Positions 47,669-59,617 of a stretch of 64,000 nt of DNA are shown here, one piece after another. The DNA lies in assembly GCA_903813345.2 (NCBI GenBank), contig CAIIXF020000001.1, positions 5,456,001 through 5,520,000 of the forward strand, in the 5' to 3' direction. Under the pieces are notes generated by a model that made no database searches, was not told the origin of the DNA, and saw nothing but the letters and a program-made list of their open reading frames with translations. Within the stretch, counting starts at the first letter, position 1, and each line of letters begins with the position of its first letter. The position numbers and the translations under genes were made by a program. Origin of the DNA: Owenia fusiformis (Eukaryota).

Positions 47669-49190
47669 TCTGGTGGGTTTTGTAATGTCCCCTATGTCAC
47701 CAGGCTTATTATTTCTCTGCTTTCACATGGCCCTTTTAGTCAAAATGGTGTGACCTGAAAAAAGAATACCGTGTTTTTTTTATTATCTCATCGAACGAAG
47801 TTTGACTTGAGAAATATCCCTCCGTTTGTTTCTGTAGGCGATCAGTGAAATACGTTTCTGTTAACATTTCCGGCCGTGGAACTTTTCATGAAAATGAGAG
47901 CTTATACAACTAACATATTAACATTATATTATTCTATTCAAATAATATAGCCTTATTAAATATATGTTTCTTGTTGAACCAAGAGGAACATATTAAACCC
48001 CTAGCCACGACTTACACATTCTATCAACAAGTTACTTGATGTCCAAAGTATCTGTTTTGATTTAATTCCATTATCAGATAATAGTGTTTGTCACAATGGC
48101 AACTGGTAGGAAAGGAAGAAACAAAATGGGTCATAATAACAGAAATGTAATGGGGTTATATCTCAGGACATCTGATCGTGTTAATAAATAGAATGGTGAA
48201 TGGTTCAATGCAAGATTCCAGATTAAGACTTTTTATCATAAATAATTGTTGAACAATCAACTAGAAATGAATTTCTATCAAGATATTGTGTAAAAAGTTG
48301 AGCTCAAAAGTGACAATTCTAAAAATAATGAAAATGACTAAGATTTTGAGCTTGACCTTTGTCCCTCAAAACTTTGAGTTTGACTTTTTAAGGTCATCTT
48401 TTATTGATTCAACTTATTTTTTGTGACACTTTGGATCAATATCATTTTCTATTTCTTTAGCTAGTTACCTTACCTCAATGTAGCATGTGCAAGATTTTTG
48501 GCTTTCAACCAGGTCGCTTTTGAGTATATCGACTGCTAAGTCAACAGAGTAATATGTTTTGTGCTCGGGGTGAGTCAATATTGTTATTCGCTGAGCTTCA
48601 ATGGTGAAATAGTGAAGTCCATGTTCAAAGTTATATGATGGTTGAAGGAAGAATATGAATAATATCGTTTCAAATTTTAAAATATTTGATATGTCATAAA
48701 ACAGGGTACAATGTTTCAAAAGTTGATCAATACAGGGAGCGAAGAATGTAAATTGTTCAATAGAACAAGATACATGAAAGTAAGCTGATATACACAGACA
48801 TATTTGATGCTTACCATTGAAAAACCAAAAATACTGAGATCTTTCAGTTACATACTAGAATTTGATATGCTAATAGTACAATAAAGTCATTTCACTATAT
48901 TGTCCACTACAACCGTTAATGCCCAGGCCTGAAATAGCAAGAACTAAACGAGAATCTTACGCACTGAACGATATCTTATTTCTCGGGAAAATTGCCGGGC
49001 ATTAATGCATTATTGACCAGTCACTATGGCCCGCCACTATGACGTCACGTATTGCTCAGGTTGATATCGTAAAAAATGCCTTCTAAACTAGCACTAAAAC
49101 CCCCAGAACAGGCTCGGAAAGGTGGTAATAATAGACAGTTGTGCAAATTTGTGAAGCAGAAAATGAAAATGGTCTTATTTTAATTCTCAG

Positions 49191-50195
49191 ATGAGTTCAG
49201 TAAAGACATACATGTGCACAGAGGACGGATGTTTGTTCAAGAGTGTGCGCAAATGGAACCTTAATGAACATAAAAAGAACGTACATAGCAACCCAGCAGA
49301 TAGACCATTGTGTGGCATGTGTGGAAGAGATTTCAAAAACAAGGTAATAAGATTATATATATTCTTGATTGTAATTTTTATGGATCAGTATACGCTCCTT
49401 ACCCTCTGACATAATGCAATATATACAGGGTGTCAAATGCCATCCTCTACCAGTCTACCCTCTGTATTCAAAATATCGGCATAGGTAACTAAGTGTACTC
49501 GTACAACTTATTACTATTATTTTTCTTGGATTTTCAAAAACTGAGTGTCATCGCACTTTTTTATTCAACACTTTTTTTAGACAGAATTAAATCATCTTTC
49601 TCATGATACACAGCATAGTCGGGTACATGACCAATTTAAAGTTTTGTCAGTTTATTTTAGCCGGATGTTGTAATGAATATATATATTTATATTGCTTTCT
49701 TCTTGGTTTCAGAAAGGCTTAACACAACATCTGAAATATGGCCATAACAACAGGTTGATGTGTAGTGAATGCCCAAAGACCTTTGGTTCACAATCTGGAT
49801 TAGATGACCATTTCACCAGGCATCACAAAGGTGAAGGAAAGGTCTTCAACTGTAATGAAGAAGGATGTGCGCAATCCTTTCTTCGAAGGACTGCACTGGA
49901 AAGCCATATTAATAGTTGTCATAGAAAATACTTCCCGTTTGCCTGTCCCAAACTTTCATGTAAAAGAAAATTCCCATCTCAGACAAAATTGAATGCTCAC
50001 AAAATCCAATGTGGAAAAAAATGTTTGGTAGGCTGTACAAAGTGCGATAAGAAATTCAATACATATAATGGTATGAATGAGCACCGAAGAGCAATGCATG
50101 GGTCTGAGACATACAAATGTGAATGTGGAAAGGTGTATATGTACAGGTCTGGTCTAGCAGTACATCTTAAGACATTCAATCATAGAAAGATGTAA
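49191..50195 (+). CDS. ZNF-3: 7-finger C2H2 protein; exons 49191-49343 and 49713-50195 (211 aa)
   Basis: AAG|gtaata .. tttcag|AAA splice completes finger 2; open; finger 5 is C2HC. Confidence 0.88.
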
Positions 50196-51626
50196 TATTT
50201 ATACTAAAATGTGGTATTATTATGTTGTTATACTATGCAAAAGTTTGCACTTCAGTTTTGATGCTTAACCAATTGGAATTGGAGGCCAGTGTGCCACAAT
50301 TTATAAATGTATTTTTATTTTATATACAGAGGTTATGTAAAATGGAACCTCAAGTTCAGGGAACCAAATACTTTTGCAAAGAGATTGATGTTTCAGAGTT
50401 TGATGTTTGTACATGTATGCATGGTATATATTTTGTTTTGATAACCAATATTGGTGACCATGCTTGTGTGCCACATTTTATGAATGTCTTGTCAGTATTA
50501 TAATTTCTCCTTTTATTTACAGACATTGTGCAAAATGGTATTTCAAGTTCAGGGAACAAACTATTTTTGCAGTGGCTGACACATCAGAGTATGATGTTTG
50601 TATACATGTAACATAATTTTAGTTTTGATGCTTACTAGTATTAGCCCATTGGAATTGATGACAAGGCCTCAATTTATCAATGTCTAGTCAGTATTATCAT
50701 TTTCATTTGATACACAGAAGTTATGTTATGTAAATGGAAACTAAAATTCAGAGAACCAAATATTTTTGCAGTGACTGACACATCAGAGTTCAATGTTTGT
50801 ACATGTTATACTTGACTGGTATGCACTTCGAGTTTCCTTTTTCTTGCTAAGTTCCATTACAACTTTTGGTCCTTTCCCTTTGGCACTAGTGCTTATATAT
50901 TTACTTATTTTGCTGGTTTAAAGGTCAACTTTGAGATATGCTATTTTTGTCAAAATTTTACATTTTCTAATCCAAGAAATGAAAGCAATTGGCTTAATTT
51001 TGACTGTGATTTTGACATGTGTGGAAATAAAAATATTTTAATGAATTCTCAATTCTGGCAATTACATAAAAATCTTGAAATAAATCCCCATATGGGCATT
51101 TTGAGGGGGGCTAAATATTTTTGTTTCAAAAATGAATGTTCTTGTTGCCTTTTGAGACTCTAACAGTATCCTAAGCATGTTATAAGAGTTGGGATGTGAT
51201 TATTATTTTAAATGTCCATGGGCAATTAGGATAAAATGACTGCAATTAAATGCACACAAGGGCACTTTAATGAGAATTACTTCTCTTATTTCAATTGCTT
51301 CTCACCGGTTTTCTAAACATAAAGTGATTTCTACTTATTCCAATTTAGAAAAACACTTAGGCCATTCAAAGATTTTTATAATTAGTGTCACTAAATACTT
51401 TGTTTTCAGAAAAAATAAAATGTTCCCATGTACTCTGTACTTGTAATGCATATAAATGACAAATGTGATCTTGAACTATATTGTAGTGAAATGAGTTCCT
51501 AAAGATTGATTCAAAACTATATGTATATACACTTCAGTATTGTCTTTATTAACAAGGTAATCTGAATCAAGAGGTGTATTACTTGCTTTGCCAGAATGTG
51601 TTATTGCATTTCACTCTTAAACAATA

Positions 51627-52130
51627 CAGGGTGGGCCAAAATATTTTGCAACCTTTTTAGAAGGCAAAAAAAAGTATCATAACATTATGGTAGTGACATG
51701 AAATTTTTTTTACAGAAACTTAGGATAGGCATATTTTACCATTCAAATACTTAAGCTAATACTGACTACAATTTTTTTTGTCAGATGTCTGAATATTAAT
51801 GGTAAATTGTTCATGTGTCCGAGATTTACCGATTTTCCTAGAAAATGTGATTTTCTATAATTTTATGTGATCATCAATAGAACATTTATTATATTCACTA
51901 AATCTGCTGCAATCTTTGTTAAGTGGTGTAATGGGCGGCTATTCATCAGGACTAATGAATCAAGGGGTATTTTGCTCCAGATATTCCATAGTGACTTTTG
52001 GCTTATGGTCATGAGCGCTATCCTGCTGGAATATGTAATCACTTGGGACTGAAAGAGCCCCCATTCTTGAAAGATGTCCCTTTTGAAGAAGATTAGTCCT
52101 GAGTCGAAACTGTACATACAGTAATGTAAA
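51627..52130 (-). pseudogene. Tc1/mariner remnant
   Basis: YIFQQDSAHDHKPKVTMEYLEQNTP*FISPDE*PP (FQQD-x-A-x-x-H and WPP region); TA|CAGGGTGGGCCAAAA end at ~51627. Confidence 0.65.
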
Positions 52131-53451
52131 GTACATGTATGCCCAGTTTAGCAGCCATATTGTAAACATAAACCAGTCAGCCTTTCATAACATTCCATTT
52201 TCATCACATAAGTTAAGTTTTAGTGGTTAACTCCCACAATGATGATATTTGCAGAGAAGCTACTTTACTGTCTCTGCATTATACATTTTCAATATCTTTT
52301 TTATGGGTGTGTGGGCTGACGGTTAAATGTTCAATGAAAGGGAATGAGCACCGTGCTAAAACTTGATAGCAAAGTGAACAAAAAATGTGACAATGTTTTC
52401 CCGATTTGCATATGTAAACTTCATACATAGCTGGATTTTGTCAATGTTCTATTCTGAATACTTGTATGCCATATGTTCCATATAATAAATTCTATATAAT
52501 GTAGTTTTGATATTATTTTGATTGTAAACATAGTGTGTACCCATATTATGACAGCCTTGTGATAGAGGTTCTTTCTTACTGCCAATATTTCAAAGAAACT
52601 GAAAACTTATGCCACTTTTCGAAGTTGCACATCTCAAGAAAAATTCTACAACTTGGTTTCAAAAGTAAATTGAAGAATGATGTTTTTGGAAAAAGTCCAA
52701 GTGGACCAATAGTCTGTTAAATGGACCTGTTCTTTATTGTATATTGTACATATCATAGCAAATGAGACCAATACCTTTAACTTTATCAAATTATACTTTA
52801 ACTTAGTGCAATTTAGTTTCGCGATTGCGGTAAAATCACGATAATTATCCTCGCGAAATTGTCAATTAAATCCCCAGTGATTAGTGAAACTATTTATTAC
52901 CTGGTTATTACCTGGGATTCCATTGCAATTCGTGTTTTTGTAAAATGCTTGTCAAGTGTTTTTGGCTATTAATTGGATAGTAAGTAGCAATGCCTGTTAC
53001 AGTGGCTTATTAGGTCAAATAAACCACAAAATGACGATGAGGTTAATAGAGGTTAAGGTGCAGCGAGTCCTTGACCAAGATGACATAGTATTAGGTGTAC
53101 TTCGTGAAATTCACGAAATTTGAATAGCCGCAAAATTGTGTTATTTCAAAGTTCTTAAAAATAACTGGGAGTACAGTATACTCTAATTTCAATCACTTAA
53201 ACTGGAGTCACTCAAATCGACACATGCTCTTTTATGGTATAATATCTTCTCCTGTGCCCTCAGACAGTTCTGATAGGTTCACAACCTGCTGCCAAATCAT
53301 GAATTCCTCTCAATGATGCACCCTTATATTTGCATTCCTCAGTAGCTTCTTTTAATGTAATGTAATGTGTGTCCCTTTTAACTGATATCTTATGATAGGA
53401 ATCTCTGTTCTCTTAGATTTGCATTCACCATGTTTGCTTCTTGATGCAACT

Positions 53452-53915
53452 GTAGCACCGGAAGCTTACGACGTTATACAAGTATTTTCGGCGGGAGATT
53501 TTTAAGTACTCATTTGTCTCGATGTTTTGACAGAATATGGTTCTTTCTTTTTTATAGAAACATTGACCATACCATGCAGATATACCTCTAGTATCACTAC
53601 GTCTCAACATTACACTGTACTTCTGAACACGGTATAAACAGGCCTGTCAACTGTCCCGCAATTTGCGTATTTGTCACGCATTTGCTGAAGAATTTGAAGT
53701 CACGCCAGTTTTTTTTGCGTGACAGAGAATGTCACGCAAAATACGCATTTTACCTGGTAATTGTCAAGCAAAAATATTTCTGTAGAAATTTTTTCGAAAT
53801 ATGTTTACGATACGGTAAAAATACGAACGCCGGGAAAAACCGAACGCAATTTGTTCGAATTTGTCACGCGAATCCCGTATGTGTCACGCATGTTCATTGG
53901 AAATTTTTCGTACCT

Positions 53916-53952
<37 letters not shown>

Positions 53953-54417
53953 ATGTTGACGACATCGCGAGCGTAGCGAGCGCGAAAAATTTGAGGTGTT
54001 CAAAGTTTGGCAAAGGTGCTCAAACTTTGGCCAAAGGTGTTTAAAAGTTGGCCAAAGGTGTTCAAAATTTGGACAAAAGTGTTCAGATTTGGACTTAGGT
54101 GTCCAACATTTTGAAGTCACTCATATTAGGTGGTCCCAAGTTGACAGCCCTGGTATAAAGCCTCTCAAACCTTCTAGAAAGCACAACAGTTTTCAAGAAA
54201 TTGTCATGCTTTCTGGAAGATCTATGAAGTTTTAGGCCGTATTCGTACAAAATGTCGAGACATAGTGATACTAGAGGTATATCTGCATGGTATGGTCAAT
54301 GTTTCTACGAAAGGGAAAGGACCATATTATGTCAAAACGTCGAAATAAATGAGTACTTATATTAACAAATCTCCTGTGGAAAATACTGGGTATAATGTCG
54401 TAAACTTCCGGTGCTAC
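53452..54417. mobile_element. Inverted-repeat MITE (~160-bp arms) interrupted by a second MITE
   Basis: 53452-53611 mirrors 54250-54417. Confidence 0.65.
53639..54152. mobile_element. hAT-like (or P-like) MITE
   Basis: GTATAAA|CAGGCCTGTCAACT ... AGTTGACAGCCCTG|GTATAAA; a related fragment lies at ~11362-11520. Confidence 0.7.
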
Positions 54418-54601
54418 GACGTATAAGGGAATGGGGTGTGATTGTGACCTCTTGTTTGAAAAGAACACCTATAACAACGTGCTCGGAAATGGTATCCTGT
54501 ATTCCTGTGCCAAATTTCAAAGAAAATGAACAAACATAAAAGAAAAGAAAAATGTAGCGAATATACTGATTTGCATTTGACTACGTTGCAATTCTTTTTA
54601 G

Positions 54602-55207
54602 ATGGATCTTGTTATCATACAAGGAGTGAAGAGAGCTGCCCCACGACGTCACATATGTGAAGAATGCGGCAACCTTTTCAATAGCAAATCTGCGCTAAAT
54701 ACACACTGTAAAGAACAACATGGACAGGGAGTAATGTGCAGCTTCAAGGTAAATGTTTTATATGAGCTAAACGGTTCTAAAACAGACAACATCACATTCA
54801 TAAATTGAAAAACCAGGGTTATGGTAACTTCATCAGCCTGCAGGATTTCTATTTTACAGGGCTGTGAGAAGGTGCTAGCATCCAGTTCAAGACTCCATAG
54901 ACATGAGCGTATCCACACCAGGGGAGAAAGAATATTGTGTGATGCCTGCACTAAAAGTTTCTGTAGTAAAGCTACACTTTTGAACCATCTAAAGACATGT
55001 AGGGGGATTCCAACATCACCAGGAAGATTTGAATGCCCCGAGTGCAAAAAGCGATACATTAGAAAGGCTGATAAAAACCGCCACATAAGAGTAGAGCACG
55101 AGGGATCTTATATTAGCTGTATAATTGAAGGATGTATTGAAACATTTAAATGGAGAAAGAACTTTTTACAGCATATGGCCAAGAGTCATGGAATTAATGA
55201 TAATTGA
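54602..55207 (+). CDS. ZNF-4: 5-finger C2H2 protein; exons 54602-54748 and 54860-55207 (164 aa)
   Basis: AAG|gtaaat .. tttacag|GGC splice yields CSFKGC finger 2; third finger is C2HC; AATAAA after the stop. Confidence 0.85.
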
Positions 55208-56347
55208 ATATATAATAAATTAGACCAATGATATATTTTGTATATTCATTGTTTTATTTTTTTTTATTCTATTCTGTATTCACTGTTATAATCTGGCCAA
55301 TTGTTCATCTGTAAAAAGATCATTATGATAAAAGTATAATTTAGAAAATTGCATAATATCACTGTCAATCCAAATGTTACATTACATATTGGAATCACAT
55401 TATACATATGTATATGTATAATGTGATTCCAATATGTTTAGTGTACGAGAAGTTGTTCAAATATCTTCTCTACAAACAGGAATGTAGTAGCTGAAACGGT
55501 CCTATATTATTGTTGTACTACAGTATATATATCGACTATGTATGCAAGATTCAGTTTTGTTAAAAAAAATTCAGTTAAACTAAAAAGAAAAAAATGCAGT
55601 ACATCCTACATGCATTATACCACCGGGAGCACCCCCCCCCTTAAATTTTTTTCTGAAATCCGATAAAATACCTGTTATATTGTTAAAATTTCTCAGAAAA
55701 TTTCTCCAGAAGCCTTTCTCTATGAAGTCATTCATATTTTAATTGTATGAAAATGCTCAGATTGCCCTAAAATAAAGCGATTCACTTTTTTGGGACACCC
55801 AATATCACGGGCAGATTTGTCCGCTGTGACGGAGCATGCTATTTTTCATAAGAACACTAAGACAACTTCACAAATTGTTTTTTAACTTATATGTTTCGTT
55901 AAATCAAAGAAAATTACCCCATGCAAAGGATGTATCATTTGTGGGTAACCTTCACTTCTGTTTGAAGTCCAATAACGTTAGAAGTAAAAGCTATTGAACA
56001 CGAATCCAGAGTATCATACTATAAACTGTAATTTATTTCTTTAATTTAAAGTTGTATTCAAACCATTTTACTCTATTTAGAAATTTATATGCTATCTTAC
56101 CATATGAAGGCCACACTTTGCGATAGTGAACCATCAACAATTCCAAAAGTTCATTTTATCATGATATCTGGGATATAAATCAGCATGTGTCTGTTTTCGC
56201 AGCAAAACTGATTTCATTTTCAGAGCAGAAATTTTACGTCATATGACATGACGTGTGTGGTTGAAACAATTTGCCACGAAATACAATTTTGAATATAAAA
56301 ATTAAACCCAATCAAGCTGAAAGGCTATTGAAAGCAAGTAAGTTATA

Positions 56348-57024
56348 CGAGGGTTGATCCAAAAGTTCTGAACTGTTTGCTCTAAAAATTTTAATATTTT
56401 ATGAATATTGTTCATATTTGGCTGTGATATCATACATGCTATAGTTGGCAGCTGTGATGTCATTGACCAAAAGAATGCCTTGCTCCAAAAATCCAGTTCA
56501 ATTTCGAGAATGCACATTTCCATACAATACTTACTCAAACGTCAATGAAAATATGCACATGCCTTAGCTTACCCTTGCATCCTTTCACTATATCTGCCTC
56601 CCTCTGACTTTTATCTGAAGGATAAATTACGGTCTTTGATTAAGGGGTCAGCAGATATAAGTGTATATAAGGGGATAAGAGACTATTTTGCAAAATTAAA
56701 TGAAAAACTAACAATGAAATATGGTCACATTGAAAAAATAATTGATTAATAGGCATGACTGACACATTTGAAATTTGGTACCCTGTAACACTCTTTAAGA
56801 GCCATCTTTTTCCACCTCTACAATGTGTCTTACTCTTGCTTCACATACCCTGTTGTCATGTTACTATGGTAACCAGACAGCTATGTTGCTGGTCAAATTT
56901 ATTGCTTATTATTACACAAAATGAAACTACTATATATGGGGTGGTTGTGGCCAAATATGAACAAAATTCATAAAATATTAAGATTTTTAGAGCAAACGGT
57001 TCGGAACTTTTGGATCAACCCTCG
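56348..57024. mobile_element. mariner-type MITE, TA TSD
   Basis: TA|CGAGGGTTGATCCAAAAGTTC ... GAACTTTTGGATCAACCCTCG|TA. Confidence 0.8.
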
Positions 57025-57056
57025 TATAACAGCAAACATTGCCACTTCATATACAT

Positions 57057-57620
57057 CACGCCTAACCATCAACAATGTACAGTGACAAAAATATACCGTC
57101 GTACACTTTAGGTGTATGGTGTCACTATTAACTGATTTGAAACAAAAACTATGATGCAGGTGTGATGTAGGTTTTAATAAATTAATCTTGGGAATACTTG
57201 AAAGATTTCATGTTTAATTTCGTGTGTATTCGCTTTGGAAGGCTTTTAGCTTTCTTGTTACGTTAAAAATTTTCGAGCAATGATTTTTTTTTCAATTCAG
57301 ATTTATCGTTTACCCACAAAAATTGATCAGTTGGAAAATGTTGGGTTTTTCACATTTCCTTTGATCCCTTTTCCCCCTGTCGCCTAAGAGTGTTGATTTT
57401 TTATTATGATCATTGTTGGTGGGTAGATTCACTACGAAAAAAATCGAGCACTGCTTGAAAATCTTTCAACGTAATCAGAAAGCAGTCTTCCAAATAGAAT
57501 ACACACGGAATCAAACATGAAATTCTTTATGTATTCCTCAGATTCATTTTTAAAACCTTCATCACACCTAGATCATAGTTTTTGCTTTTTGTCACTGTAC
57601 ATTGTCGATAGTTAGGCGTG
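57057..57620. mobile_element. Palindromic MITE, CAC..GTG ends, 5-bp TSD TACAT (Transib-like)
   Basis: TACAT|CACGCCTAAC ... GTTAGGCGTG|TACAT. Confidence 0.8.
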
Positions 57621-57723
57621 TACATATACATACAAGTATTTAGGGATATGTACTATAAGAGAACACCTCAAAATGTACAAATCAAGCTTTTCATAGATAT
57701 TTGATGAGAAATCACAATCACTA

Positions 57724-59064
57724 CAGGGTGTCCCGAAAGTATAGCCCCCCCCCCCCCCCCCCCCCTAGGCAGACATATACCAGTGTCATCATAGTATTTG
57801 TCATATATCATTTTAAAGCTTATCCAAAGTTACATTGATTTACCAAGTATCATGGTCACGGGGTACCATCGAATAATTTTGGCAACGTACCGGAGAACGA
57901 CATTTTACTAAGAAATGGCAATAATTTAGCACAATACATTTTTTAACTAGAGTTCTACTTTGATTTTGACAAAAGTAAGTATTCCATTCCATATAATTAA
58001 AAAATAAAATATATGATTTAAAGCATATATATTAATAAATACGCATTCGAACAATCCCGTATGTTTTTAAATTAGTATATGTGCTTTAAATCATATATTT
58101 TAATTTTTTTGATTAAATAATTCAACTGATCTGCTCCGGTTACGTTCCCAGCTCCGGTTACGTTCCTAAGTAATATTTTTAAAACTTTTTTTTTAATTAA
58201 ACAAATCAGAGTCGTGTGAATCAGAAATAACAGAATTATTCAAAAGTATAAGGACTATTCTGTACTTTTTTCAAAAGTCTATACTTAAATGTTGTGAAAA
58301 GTTATAAGCGAAAAACCATCTTTCGGAGTAAAGTCCGTCTGCGCCGATTTCAATAACTTCGTACTCCAACAGAATTCCTACAAACTCATGAATGAAATAG
58401 TTATTGCATGGAATACTTACTTTTGTCAAAATCAAAATAGAACTCTAGTTAAAAAATATATTGTGCTAAATTATTGCCATTTCTTAGTAAAATGTCGTTC
58501 TCCTGTACGTTGCCAAAATTATTCGATGGTACCCCGTGATGGTTCAACTCTCAAATGTGAAAAAATTACAGGCATTTCAAAATTTAGTGTTTGGTCAAAA
58601 TTAAGTTCAATTTTACACCAAATCAATAGTCAATGTGTCCTCCCGGGCAATCTTAACAGCAGCAATTATTTTCGGGTCGGATGGATATTGAGTTGGAAAA
58701 AGAGAACGGTGAGGGTAGAAACTCTATGGAAACTCTTCTAAAGTCCCTGAACAGGTTTTAAGAGGGTTATAAAGTTCCACACTCCTATTTGAAGGACTTT
58801 TAAGGTCATATCTGAAAATAATTGCCGCTGTTAACATGGCCAAGGGGGGACACATTGACTAGTAATGTGGTGTAAAATTGAACTTTATTTTGACAAAACA
58901 CTAACTTTTAAAATGACTGTAACTTTTTCCCATTTGGGAGCTAAACCATGATACTTGGCAAATCAATGTAACTTTGGACAAGCTTTAAAATGATATATGA
59001 CACATACTATGAGGACACTGGAATATGTCTGCCTAGGGGGGCCCCATACTTTCGGGACACCCTG
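57724..59064. mobile_element. Tc1/mariner-type palindromic MITE, TA TSD
   Basis: TA|CAGGGTGTCCCGAAAGTAT ... ATACTTTCGGGACACCCTG|TA. Confidence 0.8.
57857..58538. mobile_element. Nested MITE, CAC..GTG ends, 5-bp TSD ATGGT (Transib-like)
   Basis: ATGGT|CACGGGGTACCATCGAATAATTTTGGCAACGTAC ... GTACCCCGTG|ATGGT. Confidence 0.82.
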
Positions 59065-59617
59065 TATAGTTTTAGAATCTGATTTGTGATTCATGACAAG
59101 ATCCATTTCCTCTGTGAAATGTTAGGGACTGCTACAGATCTCTTCACTCCTATCCTTTTATAGTATTTATGGACATTGATAATGTTAGGTTTTCTATCAA
59201 TGGATAGCATTTTTGCCTTCATTGTTAAGGAAGAACTTCAATGTCGGCCAACTTTTTTCTACGATTCAGATTTTCTTGAAAAAATCAAGGTGAAAGATAT
59301 ACTGATGCATTACAAAATATGTGAAAGATTGACTGTTTATGTTTATCTGAAAAAATATTCATTAAACAGTTTACATTTTTTCAAAAAAATTGATTCTATG
59401 ACAATAGGCGGACAATACAAAAGTGTTTAAAATAAATTGTTCAATACCACTTGCTCCGGGAAAGAAAGCTGATGTACAGAATTATTTGATGGTTTTATAC
59501 CAAAACTAATACTTTGAGAATTCAGTAATACACTTATAGAATTATGTGTTTTGTTCAATAGTGCAATGGTACATTTGTGAACTGGTAAATGGAAATAGTC
59601 TAATTTTTTATTTTAAG

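Noticed and set aside
48465-48650. Minus-strand exon-like segment ending in a GTAAGG donor
   Set aside because: No clear AG acceptor, no phase-consistent neighbours and no recognisable motif
53682-54120. Poly-Pro/poly-Gly ORFs
   Set aside because: They arise from a poly-C run inside a MITE; the run length may also be a sequencing artefact
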